NCBI GenBank assembly: GCA_964035545.1
Contig: OZ037766.1
Coordinates: 24,172,126-24,236,125, forward strand
Direction: 5' to 3'
Length of the DNA: 64,000 nt
Source: Bugula neritina
Lineage: Eukaryota; Animalia; Bryozoa
In this document: in pieces, positions 11,101 through 21,838 of the stretch
How the letters are laid out: the number at the start of each line of letters is the position of its first letter
Position numbering within the stretch: position 1 is the stretch's first letter
Position numbers and translations under genes: made by a program
The notes under the pieces: model-generated
Databases searched by the model: none
The model's input: only the letters and a program-made list of their open reading frames with translations
Told to the model about the DNA's origin: nothing

Positions 11101-14100
11101 CACGGCCGGGGAGGAGCAGGGCATCCTACACGGCGACCACCTGCCAGCAGAAGAAGATGCCTCCCCAATACTGGCCCTGCCTCGGGCCCTGGTCGCCCGC
11201 CAGTATTGGGTGACTGGACCCACCAACCTAAAAATTGGTGATGCTTGCAGTGAGCCGGGTAACCGCATCTGCCATGAGTGTAAGAGGAAATTCTCCTCTG
11301 CACGGCGGTTGCGCGTACACGCCCCTCAGCATTACATCAACGTGTTTTGCCCGTGTGGGGAGTTCTCCTACCAGAGAGACTATGTGTTGAGACATCAGCG
11401 CATAGCTCACTGCCACACGGGCTACACGTTTGCTGTAGACCAGGCCTCCTTTCCCGAATTTCGGGACCTGGTGCTGCCACACGTGGCGGATCCCCACAAA
11501 CGGGCTGCGCTCGCCCTGGGATTCCCCGCGTGTAGGCCTGTTCGGGAGGAAGAAGGGGAGCCCGCCGCGACACCCCAACCGGCAGCCACCCAGCCACTTC
11601 GGGTCATGCTGGCACGGGTCGGATCAGGTGCCAGGGCCGATTCATCGGACCTGGGCCCCCGACCCTCGGCGGCGGGCGAGAAGCAGACGCACCGCCAGCG
11701 ACGTCCTGCCCGTGGTACTACCGACCGCCCTAGGCACCAGACGTCAGCTCAGTTGGCAGAGGAGGTTCACCAGTTACGCCGGCAGCTCCGCAGATATGAA
11801 GAGGAGCTGGGGCAACTCCGGAGACGAGTTAGCCGCCTGGAGCGGGGTCGATCTGGCGACCGCCGCTGAGACTATTTGTATAGTTTTTGTTTTCTCTTTT
11901 CTTTTCTACTCTTATTCTTTGTGTGTTTATTATATGTGTGTAAGTTCTTCATGTGATGTATGTACCTATTCATGCTCTGTTTTTCTTGTGTGTGCACAAA
12001 TTTTCCCTGTTTTTTTGTTGTTATCATTGTATTATTACTATCACTGCATGTTTACCATATTTTTTCCGTGTGTTCTTTCAACTGTGCGTTTTATTGTCGT
12101 GTCATTCCCTGTTGTGTGTTTGTGTTGTGTACGCCTCTTTATCGGAAAGCATGCTTTCCGATGGGGGGTGTGTGTGGTAAATTTATGTTGTGTGTGTGTG
12201 TCCTTTGTTGCCGAGATCGGTACTTCGGTCCTCCGAAACACCGATATGCCGATTCTCGGCATATCGGAATACCGAAGTACCGAAATGCCGGATTCGGCAT
12301 TTCGGATTCCCGAAGTACCGATATTCGGTATTTCGGGCCTCCGATCTCGGCAAACAAAGGAATGTCTTTGTCCTGCATGTATATAAAAGCCAGCGAGTTC
12401 CAGTATAGTTCAGTCTACTACTGGAGCTCGCTGGATAAAGACCCTTGATTCACTCGGACTATACTACAATAAAGATTATCTACATTCTACCTTATTTCTC
12501 GCCTTGTTTCTTATACAAGCATGTAACAGCACTAGTTTCATTCACAATCCACAAAACTATCACAATACTGCTTTTACTCTAGGCAGTGGCACATCTATGA
12601 TATACATTCCATCAGTCACAATCTTAGCTGAATACTTTCGAAAGTGGAGGACAGTAGCTTTTACGATCAGCGCAGTGGGTATAGGAACTGGTACACTGGT
12701 CATGCCTTTCTATTTGAAATGGGCTATTGATCAGTATGGAAGGAGAGGAGCCTATTTGATGACTGCAGGCAAGAGGTGTTTGACTTTCGGTGGTTGTGCT
12801 AATGAAAACTTCAACTGATTATATTTTTGTGTTTTATTGTTTTGGAAATGACCAAGAACTATTTTGCTGCAGTAATTTGATAAACGAAAAACACTTTTTT
12901 TAGACACTTCAACTTTTTTACATCTAAAAATCGTAGGCTAGACGATTTATGTTTGTCAGCCAAATAATAATTTTGAAAATCCTATTACATCATTATAACA
13001 AAGGTGTTCAAAAAGCTATATAAAGAGTTTTAAGGAATTGTTTATAGACAGCTGAATATGAACTGAAACCTCATTTAGATGATATTTTGTTTGATTTTAG
13101 GGGTAATCCTTCAGGTGGTGGTTGCTGGATTTTTAATAGATAGAACTCAAACACCAATTCAAAATCGAAAATCAAATTTTACATTTAAAGAACAGTTTGC
13201 TTCCGTCTGCAACTGGAAATTTATTGGTTTTCTAGCAAACAATTTTCTGTTCGGACTTTCGACTACTGTTGTGTACGTATTTCTTCCCGACTACGCTGAA
13301 TTGAAAGGACTTACTAGAATCCAAGCAGTATACCTCGTGTCAATTATTGGTATCAGCAATGCTGTAGGCCGATTGCTAAACATTCCAATTAGTTTATGTC
13401 GCTGCAACCATGGCGTCGTTTATGGTATTACCTGTGCCCTCAGTGGTGTGGTCATCTGTGTAATAAACATTCACATATCTGAGAATGAGAAAACATTTAT
13501 CTTTCTTGCGTCTGCATGTTTGCTGTATGGGTTGATGTTTGGCATCCAACTGGCTAATCTCGTTGTAGTAACAAACTACTTGTGTGAAGACATATTTCTC
13601 AACTTTGCATTAGGAATAGCTATGATGTTCAACGGAATTGGTTCAATCTGTGGATCGCCAGTCGCAGGTTTGTTAAACATTATTACTAGTTTTGAATGCA
13701 AAGAAAATACTTTATCAAGTAACAGCTCAATGACATAAATTTTATTTCTTGTTTTAAAACGCAGTTAGTTTTAGTGCTAATAGAACATGTAACTAGTTTT
13801 AAATTTGTATTTAATTGTCTACCAAATATTACCTACAATAGATAATTATATTAAAAGTTATTTTAAAGTTTTACTAACAAAGTAATAGAAAAGCAAATGA
13901 AAACAAAAAAACAAATTTCAACTAATATAAAACAATGTTTTCTGATGTATTACAAAATTTTGATTATCTTAAAAGCTATAATATTTACCAGACCACTGTA
14001 CTAATATTTAAAAATGTTATAGTCAACGATAGAGTAAAACTGTGCATGGGGGGGGGGAGGTGGAGTAGTACTTATACTTAAAGCAGCTGACGGATGGTGT

Positions 14101-14719
14101 TTGTGTAGCATATTAGTGAAATAAGGAAAATTATGTTAAGCTATTATAATATAATGTCCCTCTTGTAATTAGTTACGAGACAGCTGTTTGATACATACAT
14201 TATTATCCTAAAATTAGATAAGAATTATTAAACTTAATAATTATTACAAAAAATTTATTTATTGAAATTATTGTGTTTAAACATGTAAAACAAAAATTTT
14301 AATTTGTATAGCTGTGACAAAAAACGAAAAAAAAGAAAACCTTTTAGTCAAATTTGCATTTATAACATTATTTTGCATTTAACTTATCAACATATATGAT
14401 GCTATGATTATATTGTGTTTATTTTGTTCTAAGCATTGATGTTATAGTTTATAGTCTGTAAGTTCTATTTATATTCTTATATATAGATATAGTGCAAGGG
14501 ACAATTAAATACCATTTAATTGTTAAATACTATCGAACACAAAAATTCTTTGATTTTTAACTTGTAGCTTATTTCTTTACTGTTGGAGGAGACAGTTTTG
14601 AACTACCCTACTACATAGCTGGTGGAGTGACTATTATAGCAGGACTGATTCTTTTACCAGTAGTGCATAAGGGAAAACAACCACATGCGTCTATTGAATT
14701 GGATGATAGATTAGACTAA
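2158..14719 (+). CDS. Monocarboxylate transporter family (SLC16/MCT, MFS) gene A, 7 exons: 2158-2197, 2929-3032, 3441-3567, 3999-4142, 12583-12768, 13101-13667, 14568-14719
   Basis: Spliced ORF has VDEGYAWVIL (MCT pre-TM1 motif, cf. PDGGWGWVV), FGHR loop, YFRKWR (cf. YFxKRR) and GSPVAG. Exons 1-5 are the same size as those of the paralog at 16117-20303. Introns 3 and 5 have GC donors. LTR element sits in intron 4. Confidence 0.9.
4568..4959 (+). repeat. 5' LTR of element 1
   Basis: Direct repeat of 12173-12564; only one mismatch seen (C4760 vs T12365); AATAAA at 4863-4868. Confidence 0.97.
4597..4829 (+). promoter_or_regulatory. LTR promoter: CCGA/TCGG palindromic array (4597-4755), TATATAAAA (4775-4783), Inr-like TCAGT about 30 nt downstream inside a hairpin (4785-4829)
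   Basis: Motifs read directly. TATA-to-TCAGT spacing matches a metazoan TATA/Inr core promoter. Array, TATA and hairpin are conserved in element 2 LTRs. Confidence 0.75.
4961..4978 (+). other. Primer-binding site complementary to tRNA-Leu 3' end
   Basis: TGGTGGCAGCAGTGGGAT, 1 nt after the LTR; complementary to ...ATCCCACYGCTGCCACCA of eukaryotic tRNA-Leu(AAG/TAG). Confidence 0.85.
5011..5910 (+). CDS. gag: Gag (299 aa) with CCHC zinc knuckle
   Basis: ORF immediately after the PBS; CWECGMPGHVRRHC (CX2CX4HX4C) at the C-terminus. Confidence 0.93.
   Translation: MAPGDPAPEAAAPPALTIEALVTALQGLRGQGQAAPGDRYRLQPPTFGGDGDVEQFIKEFEDVAATAEWPVRVRVLQLRACLTGRARNFALGPDEAHILRALRARFGLTTEEATDQLQVMRRDRRTSLEDHANEVERLAQAAFGHATGDDRKRLVFNAFFRSVNHPDLQRYWLAAKVKSLDEALEMGKAYFQVEEPRRTNYAARQVAGDAEEVPPTPQVAAAATPSPEQTQLNMLMSMMKGLQATVTELQRNQTDRRAPRSRDDPVRPPMPTCWECGMPGHVRRHCPKGQKPLNTRGSR
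5886..5929 (+). other. -1 programmed ribosomal frameshift signal (T TTA AAC plus downstream stem)
   Basis: Heptamer 5886-5892 in the gag frame; 6-nt spacer; stem GGCTCACGG/CCGTGGGCC; pol is in the -1 frame and open through the site; conserved in element 2. Confidence 0.85.
5886..11869 (+). CDS. pol: Pol polyprotein (PR, RT, RNase H, integrase) plus long C-terminal extension; broken by a 1-nt deletion in a C run near 7034-7038
   Basis: LLDTGC protease; LPFGL and YLDD in RT; TDAS RNase H; HHCC and DDE integrase; GPY motif. ORFs 5907-7193 and 6887-11869 join if C5 becomes C6, as in element 2. Confidence 0.95.
12141..12172 (+). other. Palindromic hairpin and short G-rich polypurine tract before the 3' LTR
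   Basis: ATCGGAAAGCATGCTTTCCGAT (perfect 22-bp palindrome), then GGGGGGTGTG abutting the LTR. Confidence 0.7.
12173..12564 (+). repeat. 3' LTR of element 1
   Basis: Near-identical to 4568-4959; ends in CA and is followed by TSD ATAC. Confidence 0.97.
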
Positions 14720-14756
14720 ACCACTCAGCACTAAATACTCTGATTGATATTTTATA

Positions 14757-14811
14757 AGTAAAGTGTACTTTGGCATTAACAATAATTGTTAATGCCAAAG
14801 TACATTTTACT
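14757..14811. repeat. 27-bp inverted repeat (foldback) in the 3' UTR of MCT gene A
   Basis: AGTAAAGTGTACTTTGGCATTAACAAT-A-ATTGTTAATGCCAAAGTACATTTTACT; one G:T mismatch. Confidence 0.9.
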
Positions 14812-16116
14812 AAATAAATTTGTAGAAACATGATTATAAATATATGATGCATGATTGACCAGTCCTTTGCACTGTTTTTTCTCAAGTTATTTTAGCTGGT
14901 AATACTTATAAGAAATTTGTTATTCATTTTTTTGAAAATTTAGATAGGTTTTATAGCTACGTTTTGTATTAAAGAATAATTTTACCAAGTAAAGTGTTAT
15001 TTGTTTTGTATTTGTCAAGAATATATTAATTTTAAAAATGATATTTTTAGTTATTTTCTAGCAAAATATTATAGTTCAACAATTTAAAGTAGATTTATTA
15101 GATTGGAAGCAATTTATTTAAGCTTTATTAAATGGTGCTGCTGCCAGTATTTTTTTGATGAGGAGAGATAGATTCAAGATAATTTCAACCGATAACTAGA
15201 GTGAGAATTAGTTTAGCGTTTAAACTTTGCTATTTAGATGTAAGATTGTGTTTATAAGTTCACATTTTTCATTAATCAAATTTAAATGCTTTGTTTATTA
15301 GTCTTAAATACTTTGCATGAAATTTATTTTTATAATTTCTGCATTGATCATAATAATTATTAATTTCTAAGCAATCTGTTCAATAAAGTTTTATACTTTG
15401 TGCAGTTTTGTAATAAAATCAATGCTCTTTGTGACTAATAGTTTTCATATGATGAACATGATAATGTATAGTAATATATAAGCATATAATTTGTAATTTT
15501 GTTGAAAACAGCTTCACTCATTTTTGCAATTTTGCTCCTGTTATAACAGTATTCAATGATTACAGCTCTTAACATAGTAACAATTACCATTAACTTCCAG
15601 TTGTGTTTGCAAATTGGCTGTCTTTCTAGAGAAGTGTGTAATTGGCTTCTCTCCTAGTAGAAATGCTAATTGGCATTTCTCCTAAGACAAATTGGCCTTA
15701 TTGTTAGGAAAATCGCCAATTTTAGGTCATATCACATAGAATTGGCAGTTTTCCCAATAAACATACTATAATTACAATTTCACCTCATAGAAAAGATGCC
15801 ATATGCAAACTTCACTAGTAGAATAAGTAATTGTGACTGCAAATGGTATTTTTTCTAAAGGTGCTTGTGATTTGCAACTCTACTTCTTATTTGAGACTTA
15901 TATTAGGTCCTTGTAAAGTAAGAAGTCACAGAAACTTGATGAGTATACTAATATATTTCTATATTTCAATTTACAACTTATTTTCATTTAATTTTCAGTG
16001 CCATAAAAAAGCGTAAGTTTTAAAAACAAACTACAATCCATGCTAAAAAAACTACAGCAACTCTCTAGCTAGCTGTAGGGTATGATAGTAGGTGATAGGG
16101 TCTCTCAACTTAGTGA

Positions 16117-18391
16117 TCAGTCAGCTATTGGAATAGACTCTGTTGATTGTTTCATTTTATAGACCGCAGGTAAAAGAATCAATCCTGCTATGATGGTCAA
16201 TCCTCCAGCTATGTAGAAGGGCAGTTCAAAGCTGTCCCCACCAATAGTAAAGAAAAATGCTACAAATGTAATATAATAGAAAATATATTTCTCAGTTTAG
16301 GGTAGCATTAGTCCAAACATAAATGGAAAAGTTCAAATTTCAGCAAGACAAAAGCAGTAAAAAGCAGTAGAAAAAGTTTTTATTAAATTCTTATCAGCTT
16401 TTTATGTCACAAGAGGAATTGGCTAACAGGAGAAAATTTTTACATCCTTTAATTTTCTCTGGCTTTTTAGTATCAGGTTTATAAAATTTTACTATCACTT
16501 AATATGCATATTTATTATTAGCCAAGTAGTTTGAACAATTAGCTTATTTACAGACACAGTATGGCTCAAAATTTGCTAAAGAGCTTGGTTCAGTTTATAA
16601 AGCATACAAAATTATTAACTGAAAAAATTGTGACTAACCAACCTGCTACTGGTGAGCCAGTTATAACACCACCTCCAGAAAACAGCATAGCAAAGCCAAA
16701 CCCAGTATTGAGAAAAGCATCTGAAGTTAAACAGTTAGCAACTATGGTAAGATTAGCGTGTTGAACTCCATATCCTAAACCATAACATGCGCATGCTACA
16801 GCGAGTATAGAAAAACATCCCTCCATGCTGTCAGATCTAATGTTCATCAAGCAAACCGCTACTCCACTAAATGTACAGGAAATGACGCATATATAACCAG
16901 GGCTTGCACTACAGAGACTTATGGGAATGTTCAATAATCTACTCAAAGCATTGCTAATTCCGATGATCGACACGAGATAAACGGCTTTCATATCTGAGAT
17001 TCCTTTAAGTTCTGCATAGTCTGTTACAAAAACAAAGACAACAGTAAGAGCAATGCTATAGAGAAAAATGTTCAGCAGAAACAGGTTGTATCTCCAATTA
17101 CAGAGACTTAGAAACTGTTCCTTAATTGTAAATTTTGACCTCCGGTTTTGAGAAGAAGCTCTCTTGGTAGAAATAATTAGAAATCCAGCAACCACATTCT
17201 GCAAGCTAACCCCTAAAATGAGATTTTTAACAGTTTTAAACATGGGCGACATGTTTTTTACAATTGTTCTAAACTTAATTCCTAATTCTTGTCAAAGTAC
17301 TTTTACTGGAAAAGATCTACACTTAAAAATGTTGAGCATTGCTACTTTTTACTATAAGATATTTTTCAATCGTTGCGTAAGCTTTTCAAGTTAAACATCG
17401 TACAAACTTGCACACAACTTTGCAAAAGCCATTCTTTTAACTGACAAATTACAACATCTATAGGCTTAGGCTAACAATTCACATTTTTACTAAGATGAAG
17501 ATCTACTTTACCTGCAGAAAGTAAATATCCGCCTCTCCAACCGTAACTGTCAATTGCCCATTTTATATACAGGGGGAAGATCAGTGTACCAAATGCTAGT
17601 CCAGATGTCATGATTGTAAAAGCTATGGTCTTCCACTTAACAAAGTAACCAACAAGTAAGGTGTTTGCTGAAATGTATAAGCAGGACGTCCCTGTACCTG
17701 CAAAAGGGAGTTTAGAGAGGAGATAATAAATAATTTTGCAACTTTATATGATTTATTAAAAGATCATATCTTCTGTTAATTAGTATAATATATGTTAAGA
17801 CTTGTTGAAATTGCCTAAATAGTTTTTATTCTTCAAGATCAACTTGAGGAAATGACAACTTTGTTCAAGCCTATTGCTACATAATATACTATAGTAAAAT
17901 AGTGAGTGAATTTAAAGCAACGCTTTTGTTTAAAAACAGGGCGGTGGCAGAGATTTTTGAATGATGAGTGTGCATCACTGAAACTTATCTAATAAAGATT
18001 ACTGAAAGATAATCAAATTAATTACTATTTTCAATACACTTTTTGAGCTCAAAATAGGTATTTGTATATTTATATTAGGCAAAGTAATTATTTGGCATAC
18101 CTCCAACTACACCAACAGTAACACAGAGTAACCAGACATTAGACACTGCAGCTCCCAAGGCCACGCCCACTGTTGCTAGCAAAGCTCCACCTATTATTGT
18201 AGCTCTGTGGCCAAAATTGGTAATAAAAATCCCAACCAGAGGACCTAAAATTTATATCAACAAATCAACAGCATGACAATGAAAGCTGCTAATAATGAAT
18301 GAATATATTTGTTAAGATGTATGTGTGTGTGCGTGTGTGTGTGCGTGTGTGTGCGCGTGTGTGTGCGCGTGTGTGTGTGTGTGTGTGTGTT

Positions 18392-18422
<31 letters not shown>

Positions 18423-20303
18423 GTAAGTGTGTGCGTGCGTGCGTGTGTGACATTAAAACAAATGTAGGATCTAACATACAGTGAACATTGTTTTCTAAGT
18501 TTTTATATCTTGCCAGCAAAAAAAATGAATCCAATATGAAGAGCTCCAACCAAACCAACAAGTTCTCTTTTGTCATCAAACTCCGCCAGAAGAGCCGGGG
18601 AGAAAACTCCAAAAGACATTCCTAATCCAGCACCAGCAAACTGAGAGAACATAGAATGTGTTACTAGTAAGGAATCTTAAGTCACAGCCTGCTAGTCTTT
18701 TATAGAATTTTACAGGATCAATTCACACTAAATAATATTATAATGAATGATGGTTTTTGCAAACAAAGGCCAATTTATATGTAACTAGGAATTCAAATGT
18801 TAAGCAATATTACTGAAATATCAGTTGCCTTTAAATAATGCATTGAAAAGACAATCAAATTCTTTTGTACTCTAAAAATTATTTTGAGTACTTTAAATAA
18901 GTAAGGCTTATATGGCCATGAACTTGTGATTTATAAAGGTTAAGTTTATGATTATCAGAAATAATAACCAAGTTTATTTATTTAATATATTCTTGCAAAA
19001 ATGGTTATGATTTATCAATTTAAAAACATTTAAATATGCGTTCTCTTTTGCTGCTAAACGAATAACTGATCCACAGTTTAATTTGGCATTTTCAGTTCTC
19101 AGAGAAAATTTGACAAAAATAAGATGCTAAATGAATTCGCATTCTTTTCCCTCAAGTTTTTCAGATAGAGAGAGAGAGAGGGTGGGGGAGGGGAGAGAAA
19201 GTTGGCAAACTATGTTCATAAAGCATTTTAACCTATTCTAAAAAATATATTCAAGTGCTTTAGTTCATCTATCAACTTTTAGTAGATTTCATAGGAAGTG
19301 AAATGTTAAAAATATTTTACAAATACCAAGGTTATTTCATTTGCTGTTTGTGTAAACCTACATGTGGGGAAGCTTAAAGTAAAATACACTAATATTGTAA
19401 TAATAATACAATAATACATACATTAATAAAGAAACTAATAGCAAGAATAACCCAAGCATATCCTCCATCTACAGAGTGACCAGGTGCATTAAGGTGAGCT
19501 TCATTAAACTTCTCATTCTCAACATCTGGAAATATATTGAAAGTTTTGAAACTGGAAGGTAATAGTCGTACAGTATTATAACCAGCACATATGCATGTTC
19601 AAACATAAAGTAAAACCTACACTACTTGTGTTTGGTAAACAACTTGACTTATGGCATGACAATTGACAAAAGTTAAAGCATAATCTAAAATCTTACTACA
19701 TAATTTGTTGACAAACATTTTACCCTGTGATGTTATGCAAAGACTTAGCAGTGTAAAGAGACCTCTCACCTATTTAAATACTTGACCAGGCTCATGTGTT
19801 TAAAGGTACTTTGAGTAAAGCAGAATGAGCTGTTAATAATCTTACTTTATCTTCATCTGGTTTGTTTAATGGTGAAATGAACAATGCTAAACTGATTAAA
19901 CAGCAGATGGAGCAACATATATATGTTAGAGTTAGCTAAGCAAACTATTTTTTCACCAAAGCGGTGTTAGTTTTAGAAGCATCTACTTTCTTTTCAGCAT
20001 CTCACAAGCTATATGACTTGAATTTGATAGAATACCATACACATATTTTATATTCTGTATTTATGTATTATATACCAACTGTAATATTATACAAGTTCAT
20101 GCTAACATAGATAGGAAAATATATAATAACTATTAGAGAAAACAAGTTGCAACACTTTGAAAATTTAACATGCCATCTTAAACTACTTTATCAATAAAAC
20201 TGAATAATTTGTTTTATTAATTTAATTGCCTTTTCCTTTATAAAAGTGTTAGAAAGATCTTACCATACACATCTGAACTGTCAGCTTCAGCAAACTTTTC
20301 CAT
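16117..20303 (-). CDS. SLC16/MCT transporter gene B (inverted paralog of gene A); exons 20264-20303, 19422-19525, 18514-18640, 18101-18244, 17512-17697, 16643-17212, 16117-16259
   Basis: VDGGYAWVIL motif; exon sizes 40/104/127/144/186 identical to gene A; intact spliced ORF ending in TGA. Confidence 0.9.
18317..18449. repeat. Imperfect (TG)n microsatellite in intron 3 of MCT gene B
   Basis: Read directly. Confidence 0.95.
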
Positions 20304-21838
20304 AATTTTATTTTCAATGGAATATATACTACTTAAACTTTCCTATATGTTGTGTTCCTTTGGTCAGAAAGCCATCAGCTGCATGATTGCATTCTACTGA
20401 GCATAATATCAACACATTGTTATTGGAAATTGTGTAATGCATTACGATGACTGTCTGGGCAAATTGGTATATTGTTCTACTTGATTATGCAAACAATTTT
20501 TCTGTTTGGTTGAATAGTCTTTTTCATAACCATGATATTGTATAGGACATTATTGCTTGCAGCAACCACTACTATTTGAATTAATATCAATAGTGTTCAG
20601 TTAATGCTTTATATTTAACTATAACCCAAATAGCTATTCCATTGACACATGTATATTGGTAGTAGTAAAGACTTAGCATAACTACGAACTGCACAGGTAA
20701 TTGCAAGAAAACAACACAGACATGCAAAAAGTATATGCAACAAGTTTAATAATTATTTAACTTGCAATAGTCCATAAAACTTTATACAAATTATTTTGTC
20801 ATCATGAGCTTGTAATGAGTAGTCTTTCCAATACAACATGACTTGTTTATATTGTGACATGGAATAGCAACTCCAAATAATGCTACAAATCATAATTTTT
20901 GTAAATGTGAAACTATAGAATGAAATAAGAAAATATTATAGGCTGCTATATTATTGTAAAAAAGTCTAGCATATACAATATGTAACTTAAAGGAATTAAC
21001 TTTCTATACTTTACCAAATTTTAAAAAAACCTTAAATTTTGACAATGAATTAAAACAATGAATTAAAGATGAGAATAAAAATTTATTAATACTAGGAGAG
21101 GTAATAGTGTAGAATACGTAGTGATATTTCATAACTTCACACTAAACTTATCCATATAATTTAGGTACTCTTTTACTGTTGTAAAGATTCAAACTTATAC
21201 TAACTACAACCAGGACAACATATCTAGCATATATAGATATATTCCATGTTACAGAAAAGCTGCTTTATCTTGAATCCAGAGTATAAGTTGTTACGTGAAA
21301 TATAAGGATCCCAACAACATCTTATTTATGAAATTATTATACATGGTAGTGATAATACAGTTTTATTTTGCTACTTACAATATTGGTCAATTATTTTTTG
21401 TTAAAAAAAACTGCTCATAATAGTTTTTTAAAAACATTTCATATAATTTTCTATACTTGGTTTTTTGCATTCTATGTTTTTTACCTGCGCTTTATCCTGT
21501 TTAGGTAGCAGTTTTGCATTCTTATAAAACTCAAGCAAGGTTTTGCATTCTTATAATAGATTCAGAGATATTTAGTTTTGCACTGATTTAACAAGACTCA
21601 CATTTGCACACTTGGCAGTAGATGAAGCACCAGTGCAAGGCTATTATATAATATAACAGAAAAGGAAGCAGCTATACAATATGTTACAATAATGTAGTTT
21701 CACTTTGTTATCAAATCGTTGCTACATAACAATATTGCTACAAAAAACTGCAACTAGGATTGTATTTTCCAGCTCATGGCTAACACTATTTAAGTTTACA
21801 TCATATCTAGAAATATAATTCAAGCAAAACACTACATT

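Larger units (their letters stand above)
4568..12564 (+). mobile_element. Full-length Ty3/Gypsy LTR retrotransposon (element 1)
   Basis: 392-bp LTRs TG...CA at 4568-4959 and 12173-12564; ATAC TSD at 4564-4567 and 12565-12568; PBS; gag; pol in order PR-RT-RH-IN. Confidence 0.98.

Noticed and set aside
4980-11607. Many short antisense and alternative-frame ORFs within gag/pol
   Set aside because: Expected shadow ORFs of GC-rich coding sequence; no domains recognised.
10400-11869. env gene
   Set aside because: No signal peptide, furin-site/fusion-peptide arrangement or TM anchor.
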